From Candidatus Spyradenecus sp. (GTDB lineage Bacteria; Verrucomicrobiota; Kiritimatiellia; RFP12; DVOR01), in assembly GCA_045605345.1 (NCBI GenBank), contig JAZUPT010000013.1, forward strand, positions 802 through 64,801: a DNA stretch of 64,000 nucleotides. The letters run 5' to 3'. Made by a program: the position numbers and the translations under genes. Under the pieces are notes generated by a model that did no database searches, had not been told where the DNA came from, and saw only the letters and a program-made list of their open reading frames with translations. Below are positions 40,175 through 48,736 of the stretch, in pieces; position 1 is the stretch's first letter, and each line of letters starts with the position of its first letter.

Positions 40175-41053
40175 ATGACCCCATTCCACTGGCAAAAGCA
40201 GAGCCGAAAGATGCGTTTGAGAGGCGTCTTTCAGGCGATGCTTGCCGTAGGTGTGCTTGGGGTCGCCGGATGTGGCGAGCCTCGCGAGGTGGAGCGCCAC
40301 TTAGGTGAGCAAGCATTAGTTGCGGCGGCAGAATTGATTACCGCGCATCCCACCCGTCAGGCGGGGATACACTCTGAAGCCGTGGCGGGGTGGATTGCCG
40401 AGAAATTGGGTGAAGGGGCGGAGTTGCAACGCTTTGAGACGCCCGCGGGGACGATGGTCAACGTGGTAAAGCCTCACCCAAATCCCGTGGCGATTTTGGC
40501 CTCGCATTATGACACCAAGGTGGGCATCCCAGGCTTTGTCGGAGCCAATGATGGGGCGAGTACGACGGGATTGCTTTTGGCTTTGGCCGCAGAGACCGAT
40601 TGGCCTGTGACCTATCTCTTCCTTGATGGCGAGGAGTGTCGGAAATCCTATACGGCAAAAGATGGTCTGCATGGGAGTTGGCATTTTGCAAAGACGGAAC
40701 AGGCCTTGAAAGAGGCACGTGTGCCGATAATTGTGCTGGATATGCTTGGGGATAAGGCATTTAATCCCGGCTTGGCGGCAAATGGTTCGCCGCGCTTGAA
40801 TAGTTTGATTCGTCGGGCGGCTAAGCGTGCCGGGGTGGAGCTCATGGATGCGGGCGAGATTATTGATGACCATCTCCCTTTTGTGGTTGAGGGATGGCAA
40901 GCGGCAGACATAATTGATTTTGAGTATGGTCCGGAGAATGGTTGGTGGCATACTGACGCGGATACTTTGGATAAGCTAAGTGCCGATTCGCTCGCAAAGG
41001 CGGCGACTGTGGTACGTGAAGTGGTGAGTTCTTTAATTGAGGTACAAAAATGA
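40175..41053 (+). CDS. M28-family lipoprotein, glutaminyl-peptide cyclotransferase-like
   Basis: Lipobox LGVAGC. ILASHYDTK...FVGANDGASTTGLLLALA and YLFLDGEE. Confidence 0.6.
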   Translation: MTPFHWQKQSRKMRLRGVFQAMLAVGVLGVAGCGEPREVERHLGEQALVAAAELITAHPTRQAGIHSEAVAGWIAEKLGEGAELQRFETPAGTMVNVVKPHPNPVAILASHYDTKVGIPGFVGANDGASTTGLLLALAAETDWPVTYLFLDGEECRKSYTAKDGLHGSWHFAKTEQALKEARVPIIVLDMLGDKAFNPGLAANGSPRLNSLIRRAAKRAGVELMDAGEIIDDHLPFVVEGWQAADIIDFEYGPENGWWHTDADTLDKLSADSLAKAATVVREVVSSLIEVQK

Positions 41054-41868
41054 TTACAGTAATTCTAAACCTGATTTTAGCGACGGCAACGGGTGTTGGC
41101 TTGACGTTAGCAGATGTCTCGCCGTGGTATTGGTCGATTCTTTGGGGACTACTTGTGCTTCTCGGCGGGCAGTTCGCACTGGGTATGGTCTTGCGCCGTA
41201 AGATGTCTTCTATCTCTGAACAGATTCAGGGCATCATGCAGCGTGGCCAAGCGAAGATGCAGGCGAAGATGCAACGCTGGCGTGTGAAGCCGGTCTCCAG
41301 TCAGAAGACCGCCGAGCAGGAGCTCGCAAAGGATCGTGATGCGATGATTCTTGAGGTGCAGACGCTCTTAAAGCCGCTCGAAAAGTATCGCCTCTGGGTG
41401 CCGCTCTTGGGGCGTCAACTCGCCACAATGGAATTGCAGTTCGCTTGGCAGCGTCGTGATTATGCACGTGTGGATGCGTTGTTGCCGCGCGCTTTATTGG
41501 TCGAACCCTTCTTAATGTGCATCCGGTTGGCACGCTTGTGGCAACAAGATGCCTCGACGGAAGAGATTCGTAAGGTTTTCAACAAGATGGTTCAGCGTGC
41601 CCGTTATGGCACGACGGCTTTGGTCTATTCGACCTTTGCATGGATGCTTGTGAAGCGTGGCGATGTGGATGGCGCGTATAAAGTGTTGGTCGAAGCAGAT
41701 CAAAAGAATGAACACGCCGTCATCAAGTCGAATAAAGACATTTTGGCTAATAACAAAATCGCACACTTCACCAATGTGGGCTTCGGTGAAGAGTGGTATG
41801 CCTTGTGGTTAGAAGAACCCAAGATGCGCGCCAAGCGCATGCGCGATAACGGCCGCTTCTTTATGTAA
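41050..41868 (+). CDS. hypothetical membrane protein (two N-terminal TM helices)
   Basis: ATGA overlap with the upstream gene. No motif recognised. Confidence 0.4.
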   Translation: MITVILNLILATATGVGLTLADVSPWYWSILWGLLVLLGGQFALGMVLRRKMSSISEQIQGIMQRGQAKMQAKMQRWRVKPVSSQKTAEQELAKDRDAMILEVQTLLKPLEKYRLWVPLLGRQLATMELQFAWQRRDYARVDALLPRALLVEPFLMCIRLARLWQQDASTEEIRKVFNKMVQRARYGTTALVYSTFAWMLVKRGDVDGAYKVLVEADQKNEHAVIKSNKDILANNKIAHFTNVGFGEEWYALWLEEPKMRAKRMRDNGRFFM

Positions 41869-41941
41869 TAGATTCAGTTCAACGCGAGTCCCTGGTAAAG
41901 CCTAAATTATTGGTGTTTCCTGGAAACAGAAGAAGGCGCAA

Positions 41942-43531
41942 ATGACATCTTCAACGGATCAAACAGGACTTGAACAGCCTGCTATCTCCGAAGAGGTGAG
42001 GTCATTTGCGCTTCCTTTATTGCTGATTGTGTTTCCATTGGCAGTGGCATTGTTGCCAACGCCAGTGTTTACGTTGATTGTCTTGGCTTCGGCCTCTTTT
42101 CTGGCCTATCAACTCAACTGTCTACGCGGCTTTTTGTGGACGTTTGGGATTGCCTTCGTGCTTAATCTATTTGTCTTCTCTGGGGCGATTAGTTACTTTG
42201 ATATTGATGCTTACATCGCACCGCAGATTCGCTTGATTGCCGCGTCTTCAGAGTTGGCGCCAGACGGATTTTTGAACTACACGCATCTTGCTTTACCACG
42301 AGGGTTTACGGCATGGTGTGCCGCATGGTATCGGATTACTGGATCGATTGATTGCGGAGGGATGCTCTTCTTTATGTTGGTTTCGGCGGCATGGCGCGTC
42401 TTACGGAGTGAATTGTCGCGCGTACAGACGTTGGCCTTGCTCCTTTCGCCGGCGGCGTTTCCAAGTCTCTTTTGCCTCATGTCAGACGGGTGCGTTTATT
42501 TACTGCTCTTAATGGCACTCGTCTCCCTCAAAAACCCAAAATGGTTTTGGGTGCCCTTATTAGCATCTGTCGCAGCGGCCCTCTTTAAGACATCGGCATG
42601 GATTTCCTGTGCATTGACGGCGCTTTTGCTCGTGCGCAATCATCCGCGCCGTTGGTGGCAGATTGCTTTAATTGGATGTGTGACGTTGTTATGCAGTTGG
42701 CCCACCTTACGAATGATGTGGCAGGGGGGGCTTGCCGACATCTCAGCAGATTTCACTACGGCGAATGCGGCGGCGCAGGAGATGGGGTATTTCGCGCGTT
42801 TGGCCTATGTGTATATCGGCCATTGGACGAGCAGTGCGCAACCCTTTTTTGGTGCGCACTTGGGTGGTGTGGATGGTGGCGGTGTGGATGGTTTGGGGCC
42901 GATCTTCCGCGTGGCGGTGATGGCTGCGATTGTCGTGGTGATATTGTTTAGGAAACGATTGAAGCCGTGGGCATTTCCGCTTCTTTTGGCATGGGGAAGT
43001 GTCCTGCTAATGCCTACGACCTACATCGGTTATGCACGCTATGTGCCGTGGTTGTATCCAACAGTAGTGTTGCCCTTGGTGCTGATGCTCCCGCGTCTTT
43101 CGCTTGGGTTGAGTAGCGCGATGTGCGTGATGCCGCTAATGTGGTTGGGCTGGCGCATTGCACTCTCCACGGAGTATGTCGCAGTCGCCACGCATGCGAC
43201 GGCGGTTCATTCAGATTTCTACAACATTCGCTGTGCCTTTCGCGCGCAACTCGTTGAACAAGCCCAACCCACAACAAGCGGATCGCTCCTTTACACCTAT
43301 ACGATGTCGCCAGAATATTTCCCGGCGATGGAGCGAAAAGTAACGACAGATTTGAAGCAACGCCCTGCCTCTGACAAGGTAAATGATGTAAAGGTCTATG
43401 CCCTCAAAACATGGTTGCCGTGGGCACTGAAACAGGGGCCGGTCTATGTGTATGATTTGATGCGCCTACGTTGCCGTTGGCTATTGACACCTCGAGGAGT
43501 TTCTGATGGACTTTCAACCGCTCACGATTGA
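41942..43531 (+). CDS. polytopic integral membrane protein, function unknown
   Basis: At least 10 hydrophobic segments. No catalytic motif recognised. Confidence 0.4.
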   Translation: MTSSTDQTGLEQPAISEEVRSFALPLLLIVFPLAVALLPTPVFTLIVLASASFLAYQLNCLRGFLWTFGIAFVLNLFVFSGAISYFDIDAYIAPQIRLIAASSELAPDGFLNYTHLALPRGFTAWCAAWYRITGSIDCGGMLFFMLVSAAWRVLRSELSRVQTLALLLSPAAFPSLFCLMSDGCVYLLLLMALVSLKNPKWFWVPLLASVAAALFKTSAWISCALTALLLVRNHPRRWWQIALIGCVTLLCSWPTLRMMWQGGLADISADFTTANAAAQEMGYFARLAYVYIGHWTSSAQPFFGAHLGGVDGGGVDGLGPIFRVAVMAAIVVVILFRKRLKPWAFPLLLAWGSVLLMPTTYIGYARYVPWLYPTVVLPLVLMLPRLSLGLSSAMCVMPLMWLGWRIALSTEYVAVATHATAVHSDFYNIRCAFRAQLVEQAQPTTSGSLLYTYTMSPEYFPAMERKVTTDLKQRPASDKVNDVKVYALKTWLPWALKQGPVYVYDLMRLRCRWLLTPRGVSDGLSTAHD

Positions 43532-44930
43532 AGAAATGCCATGGCTTTTGCCTTATTTCTCAAATCAGGCATTTCGCTTAAGTGATTATACTGCGGGTTT
43601 TCACGTCATGTGGTCACTCTACGCTTCAATGCAGTATGCAGAGGAGGAGGGGTGTCTGCTCTTGCGCGAACATTTCGGTGGGCGCACGCGCTTTAAATAT
43701 CCGATTTCTCAAGAGGGTGATGAAGCGGCAGAATTGCGCGCGTTAGAAAAGTTGGAGCGCTATTGTGTACAAGAGGGGATCCCATTGATTCTGGGGGCGA
43801 TTCCTGCTGAACGTCTCTCGCTCTTGACGCATCGCTATGGTCGTAATCTAACCTTGACCAATCCACGAACTTGGCGTGATTACCTTTACAATATTTCCGA
43901 TTTTGCTGATTATGCGGGAAAACGCTTCGCGGGGCAACGGAATCACGTGTCAAAGTTTCGGCGCAATTATCCCAATGCCGTGTTTCGATTGATGACGGAA
44001 GAAGATTTGCCGGCGGTTCGGATGTTTTTAGAGGAGTACGCAGAGCGTCAATATGCGAAAAACTCCTTTATTGCCACAGAGGAACTGAAGGGCTCCTATC
44101 GATTATTAGACTCTTTTCATGACTTACAAATGTCGGGTGGACTCTTAATCGTAGATGAAAAAGTTGTTGCGGTGACTATCGGTGATGTGGCTGGTGACAC
44201 CCTTGTGATTCATGTGGAAAAAGCCCTTGTGAGTTATGAGGGAGTCTATCCCACCATCGCACATGAATTTGCAAAAGCGATGCGCGGCTTCGGGGTCTCC
44301 TATATCAATCGTGAAGATGATGCAGGGGATTGCGGTCTAAGAAAGTCAAAGTTGCAATACAACCCTATTCAAATTTTGGACAAATATACAATCGTTCCCA
44401 ATCGCATTATTGAGGAACTTGAAACGCCGCCAACGCTTCATTCGGAGCGCTTGGAATTGCGACCGATTGGGGATGAGGATGTACATCACTTTGGACGCCT
44501 CGCCAAAAATCTTGAACGGAATCGTTTTTGGGGATGGGATTGGCGTGAGGGCTGGAAAGAAGAGGGTGATCCGCGCGATGCATGGTTCCTTGACCTCACG
44601 CGAAAGGATTTTGCGGCGCGTCGAGAAATCTCTTTAGGGATTTATGCTGATGGTATCTTCTGCGGAGAGGCTGTCTTCCATAATTTCACCTATGATCACA
44701 TGGTGGAATTAGGGGTGCGGTTATTGCCCGAGGCAGAGGGAAAGGGTTATGCTACTGAGGCAATGCGCTGCATGGCAGATTATGCGCTCTGCTTCTGGGG
44801 TTTAGAGAAGGTGCTCGCGAAGTGTTATCGCGATAATCTCGCCTCGAAGACAATGCTCCAGTCGGCAGGGATGCGCCCTTTGGCTGAAGATGAGCAGTTT
44901 TATTACTTCTTCCGCACGGCTAAAAATTAA
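43506..44930 (+). CDS. two-domain protein: DUF2156 (MprF C-terminal, aminoacyl-lipid synthase-like) + GNAT (RimJ/RimL-like) acetyltransferase
   Basis: 26-nt overlap with the upstream membrane protein gene. The N-terminal ~300 aa resemble the LPG-synthase C-domain family (weak recall). The C-terminal ERLELRPIGDEDVHHF...GIYADGIFCGEAVF...EAEGKGYATEAM is a typical GNAT. Confidence 0.4.
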   Translation: MDFQPLTIEEMPWLLPYFSNQAFRLSDYTAGFHVMWSLYASMQYAEEEGCLLLREHFGGRTRFKYPISQEGDEAAELRALEKLERYCVQEGIPLILGAIPAERLSLLTHRYGRNLTLTNPRTWRDYLYNISDFADYAGKRFAGQRNHVSKFRRNYPNAVFRLMTEEDLPAVRMFLEEYAERQYAKNSFIATEELKGSYRLLDSFHDLQMSGGLLIVDEKVVAVTIGDVAGDTLVIHVEKALVSYEGVYPTIAHEFAKAMRGFGVSYINREDDAGDCGLRKSKLQYNPIQILDKYTIVPNRIIEELETPPTLHSERLELRPIGDEDVHHFGRLAKNLERNRFWGWDWREGWKEEGDPRDAWFLDLTRKDFAARREISLGIYADGIFCGEAVFHNFTYDHMVELGVRLLPEAEGKGYATEAMRCMADYALCFWGLEKVLAKCYRDNLASKTMLQSAGMRPLAEDEQFYYFFRTAKN

Positions 44931-45039
44931 CCATTATTTTCTTATGATGCGTGGCGCAACACCTCGTAAAAGTGTCTGCGCTTAGTAGATTGCGCACCTT
45001 GAAGAGGCGTGCTTAAATAATCTCTGAAGAAGCAGTTTT

Positions 45040-45048
45040 TGTTATACT
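45040..45048 (+). promoter_or_regulatory. extended -10 element TGTTATACT
   Basis: Lies 43 nt upstream of ATG 45091. Confidence 0.45.
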
Positions 45049-45090
45049 GTAGACGAACGGCATGCATGTTGAGTCAATGAAGGATTTTGT

Positions 45091-46068
45091 ATGGCACGTG
45101 GTATTTCTCTTTTAAGCGGTGGATTGGATTCAATGCTCGCCATTTGTATCTTGCGTGAGCAGGGCATTGAGATGGAGGGTGTGGTCTTTAAAAGTCCCTT
45201 TTTCGGAGTGAAGGGGGCAGAGAAGGCGGCGAAGCAACTTGGGGTGAAGTTGCACATTCTTGATTTTTCGGACGATATTTTGTCTTTGGTGAAGCATCCG
45301 CCGCATGGGTTTGGTGGAGCAATGAACCCGTGTATTGACTGTCATGCGGCGATGATTCGTCGTGCGGGCGAGTTTATGCGCGCAGGCGGTTATGATTTTG
45401 TCTCTACGGGTGAAGTCTTGAACCAACGCCCCATGTCGCAGAATCGTCGTAGTTTGGAAACGGTGGCAAAGACGTCTGGCTTGGAAGGCTACCTCTTGCG
45501 TCCGCTCTCTGCACAGTTGTTGGACCCGACAATTCCTGAATTGGATGGACGCATTGATCGCACGCGGTTGGGTGCGATCTCGGGACGCAATCGCCAACCC
45601 CAAATGGAACTTGTGAAAAAGTATGGCTTGACGGAGTATCCATCGCCGGCGGGCGGTTGCCTCTTGACCGAAAAGGGCTTCTGCCGTAAGTTGCGCGACC
45701 TCTTTGACCATACGGAGGGGATTCCTGCGGTGGAGGATGTGGAGTTGCTGAAGTTTTCACGTCAGTTCCGTTTGCCAGAAGGTGGCCGCATCATTGTGGG
45801 CCGTAATCGTGTGGACAATATCGCGCTGAAGGCATTGCGTGAACAAGGGAAGACGATTTTGCATACGGTGAATATCCCAGGGCCAACAGCGGCAGTATTG
45901 GGGGATATCCCTGAGGCAGACCTCTTGCGAGCGGCTTCGATTATCGCTGATTATGGCGATAAGGGCACGTTGACCGATATCATTGTGAAGGTGATTACAC
46001 CAGAGGAAACGCGCGAGATTACGGTGAATCCGTTGCCGCGTGATACGTATCAAGATTGGATGCTTTAA
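45091..46068 (+). CDS. PP-loop ATP pyrophosphatase family protein (ThiI/MnmA-like tRNA thiolation enzyme)
   Basis: MARGISLLSGGLDSMLAI (SGGxDS PP-loop), and NPCIDCHAAMIRRAGEFM. Confidence 0.55.
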   Translation: MARGISLLSGGLDSMLAICILREQGIEMEGVVFKSPFFGVKGAEKAAKQLGVKLHILDFSDDILSLVKHPPHGFGGAMNPCIDCHAAMIRRAGEFMRAGGYDFVSTGEVLNQRPMSQNRRSLETVAKTSGLEGYLLRPLSAQLLDPTIPELDGRIDRTRLGAISGRNRQPQMELVKKYGLTEYPSPAGGCLLTEKGFCRKLRDLFDHTEGIPAVEDVELLKFSRQFRLPEGGRIIVGRNRVDNIALKALREQGKTILHTVNIPGPTAAVLGDIPEADLLRAASIIADYGDKGTLTDIIVKVITPEETREITVNPLPRDTYQDWML

Positions 46069-46082
46069 GAAAGGAGTTCGTG

Positions 46083-47876
46083 ATGTTGAAACAATTCATG
46101 ACAGTGATGTCCGCAACAGTGCTTTGTAGTTTAGCAGTAGCCACAGAGATGAAGGACGGGACGGCACGCTTTGATGCTGCAGATTATGGCATTGCACCCG
46201 GAAAAACCTTCACGGCTGCAGATGTGGAACGTATGCTCGCGGATGTGAAAGCTGCTGAAGAAACGGATAAGCGTATTGTGTTTCAGCCTGGAACGTATGA
46301 TATCGGCACGGAACAGTGTCAGATTCGCACATGGTTTATCTCCAATCACGACCAAGTTAATCCGCGTAAGGTCTTCTTGCCGATTGAAGATCAGCAGAAT
46401 GTTGTCGTGGAGGGGAATGGCGCTTTCTTTAATTTACAGGGACGTATTTTGCCTGTTGCCATCTGGAATTCAGAAATGGTATACGTGAAGGATCTTACGG
46501 TCGACTACGAAATCCCGATGATTACGCAGGTCACCTTCACGGCGGTGGATGCCGAAGCAAAGACAGTGACTTTTAAGCCGATTGAGGGTACGCAGGCAGA
46601 ATTGCAGAATGGTCGCCTCTACTTTAAGGGATATGACTTTGTAAACTCGCCTGGGGGCGGTATCTTGTTTGAGGCCGATGGACGCATCGCTTATCGTACA
46701 AGTGACTGTGGTTTTAATCTGGGTAGTGTAACTGCGAATGCCGATGGCACCTATACCGCTGCCGCTTGCGCCAACAAGGCCTTTAAGGTGGGTCAGAATA
46801 TGGCCCTTCGTGCATGGGATCGCCCTGCACCAGGTGTCGTGATCTCAGATTCAAAGCGGGTTAGCTTAAAGAATGTGACCATCCACTATGCTGATGGCAT
46901 GGGCTTGATCTGCCAGAGTACAAAGGTAATTGTGTTAAACGGCTTTAAGGTCGTACCCAACAAGGCCAAGGGACGCGTCTTCTCTACGCAGGCTGACGCC
47001 ACGCACTTCTCGGGATGTTGGGGGCTGATCTCTTCACATGATGGCGTTTATCAGGGCATGATGGATGACGCAATCAATGTACATGGCACTTATTTGCGCG
47101 TCCAGAGGCGCATTGATGATAAGACGCTTGAATGTGCTTATATGCATCCGCAGGCTTACGGTTTCTCTTGGGGTATCCCAGGGGAAGAGGTAATCTTCAT
47201 CAAGTCACGTGAAATGGCGATGATGTATGACACGAAGAATGTGTTGGAATCAATCACGCCAGTAGACCGCCCCACCATTGATGGTGCAAAGGTCTTCCGT
47301 TTGACCTTTGAAAATGCGTTACCAGAAACGGTGGATCCCACAAAGGTGGCCCTTGGTATTGAAAACCTGAGGCGCACACCTACTGTACTTTTCTGTCGCA
47401 ACATTGTGATGGATAACCGCGCACGTGGCGCACTCTTCTCCACACCGCAGAAGGTGATTTGCACCAATAACATCTTTGACCACATTTCTGGTAGTGGCAT
47501 CTTGCTTTGCGGTGACTGCAATGGTTGGTACGAAACGGGCGCTTGCACGGATGTTTTGATTGCTGAAAACACCTTTGTGAATGCGCTCACTTCGCCCTTC
47601 CAGTTCACAGAAGCCGTGATTTCTATCTGCCCTGAGATTCCTGAAATCAAGGAAGATTCGCCCTATTTGCACCGCAATATCAAGATTAAGAACAATATCT
47701 TTGCGGCCTTTGACAAACCTCTCGTCTTCGCCAAGAGTGTCGATGGCTTAGTCATTAAAGATAATACGTTTGTAAAGACTGATACCTACGCGCCTTACCA
47801 TTGGCACAAAGAATGGTTGACCCTTCGCCATTGCGAGAACGTGGATGCAGACGTGCCGCGCGGTTGGAAAGAATAA
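46083..47876 (+). CDS. secreted right-handed beta-helix glycoside hydrolase (GH110 alpha-1,3-galactosidase-like)
   Basis: AAGGAG SD before ATG 46083, with signal peptide MLKQFMTVMSATVLCSLAVA. FISNHDQVNPRKV and repeated beta-helix turns resemble what I recall of GH110. Not verified. Confidence 0.45.
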   Translation: MLKQFMTVMSATVLCSLAVATEMKDGTARFDAADYGIAPGKTFTAADVERMLADVKAAEETDKRIVFQPGTYDIGTEQCQIRTWFISNHDQVNPRKVFLPIEDQQNVVVEGNGAFFNLQGRILPVAIWNSEMVYVKDLTVDYEIPMITQVTFTAVDAEAKTVTFKPIEGTQAELQNGRLYFKGYDFVNSPGGGILFEADGRIAYRTSDCGFNLGSVTANADGTYTAAACANKAFKVGQNMALRAWDRPAPGVVISDSKRVSLKNVTIHYADGMGLICQSTKVIVLNGFKVVPNKAKGRVFSTQADATHFSGCWGLISSHDGVYQGMMDDAINVHGTYLRVQRRIDDKTLECAYMHPQAYGFSWGIPGEEVIFIKSREMAMMYDTKNVLESITPVDRPTIDGAKVFRLTFENALPETVDPTKVALGIENLRRTPTVLFCRNIVMDNRARGALFSTPQKVICTNNIFDHISGSGILLCGDCNGWYETGACTDVLIAENTFVNALTSPFQFTEAVISICPEIPEIKEDSPYLHRNIKIKNNIFAAFDKPLVFAKSVDGLVIKDNTFVKTDTYAPYHWHKEWLTLRHCENVDADVPRGWKE

Positions 47877-47893
47877 ACGGGCAGGATAACTGT

Positions 47894-48523
47894 ATGAAGT
47901 TTTTGATTACCGCAGGCCCAACGCGTGAACCGCTTGACCCCGTGCGCTTCATCTCGAATCGCTCCACGGGGAAGATGGGCTTCGCCCTCGCACAAGCAGC
48001 GGCAGAAGCAGGACATGAGGTGACGTTAATTGCAGGACCAGTCTCCTTGCCGACGCCAGCAAATGTGACGCGTGTCGATGTGGAAACCGCGTTACAGATG
48101 TTGGCCGCAGTGGAGGAAAACTTACCAGCCGCAGAGGTGTACATCTCCTGTGCGGCAGTGGCAGATTGGCGACCTGCGGAGTATTCTCCAGTGAAATTGA
48201 AAAAAGCAGGCATGGATGGCATGATTCAACTCGTGCGGAATCCTGATATTTTGAAGACTGTTCGTCCGTTAAAAGGGAATAAAATCTTCATTGGATTCGC
48301 CGCAGAAACGGGTGTGCCAGACGCAGAGGCTACGCGTAAACTGAATGAAAAAGGGTTAGATTTCATCGTTGCCAATGATGTGACTGCGCCCGGTGCGGGG
48401 TTCGCGACTGATACGAATCGTGTGACCCTCATCTTTCCTAATGGTAACCGTGAGGAATTGCCACTCTGCTCTAAGCTTGAGACTGCCCAACAAATCATTG
48501 CACGTATTCCGCAGTGTCGGTAG
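47894..48523 (+). CDS. coaB: phosphopantothenate--cysteine ligase (CoaB domain only)
   Basis: MKFLITAGPTREPLDPVRFISNRSTGKMGFALAQAAAEAGHEVTLIAGPVSLPTP is almost colinear with the C-terminal half of E. coli Dfp. No CoaC flavoprotein domain is present. The track start at 47801 is upstream of the homologous region. Confidence 0.8.
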   Translation: MKFLITAGPTREPLDPVRFISNRSTGKMGFALAQAAAEAGHEVTLIAGPVSLPTPANVTRVDVETALQMLAAVEENLPAAEVYISCAAVADWRPAEYSPVKLKKAGMDGMIQLVRNPDILKTVRPLKGNKIFIGFAAETGVPDAEATRKLNEKGLDFIVANDVTAPGAGFATDTNRVTLIFPNGNREELPLCSKLETAQQIIARIPQCR

Positions 48524-48695
48524 CACTTTAATCCTTTGAGAATCTTTGAATGTACGATGCTCATGAGCATCGCACGTTTTCTATCACTTTCTCATTTCCT
48601 ACGATGGCGGTGGGGAAGAATCACGTGTTTTTCAGTCAAAAGCCTATTTTTCGTGAAGCGAATACGCTTTCTTTCTTTATTTAATGTAGGTGATG

Positions 48696-48704
48696 TGGTA
48701 TACT
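48696..48704 (+). promoter_or_regulatory. extended -10 element TGGTATACT (leuS promoter)
   Basis: GTGGTATACTTTCGCGG lies 33 nt upstream of ATG 48737. Confidence 0.5.
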
Positions 48705-48736
48705 TTCGCGGTTATTTATCTAAAGGAATTCGAGCA

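Noticed and set aside
39507-40951. Minus-strand ORFs 39507-40316 and 40316-40951
   Set aside because: They are antisense to parB and the M28-like gene. They are Arg/His-rich translations lacking motifs.
47203-47222. parS-like half site (AGTCACGTGAAAT) inside the GH110-like gene
   Set aside because: Only the right half matches TGTTTCACGTGAAACA, and the left half has at least 2 mismatches that break the palindrome. It is probably chance.
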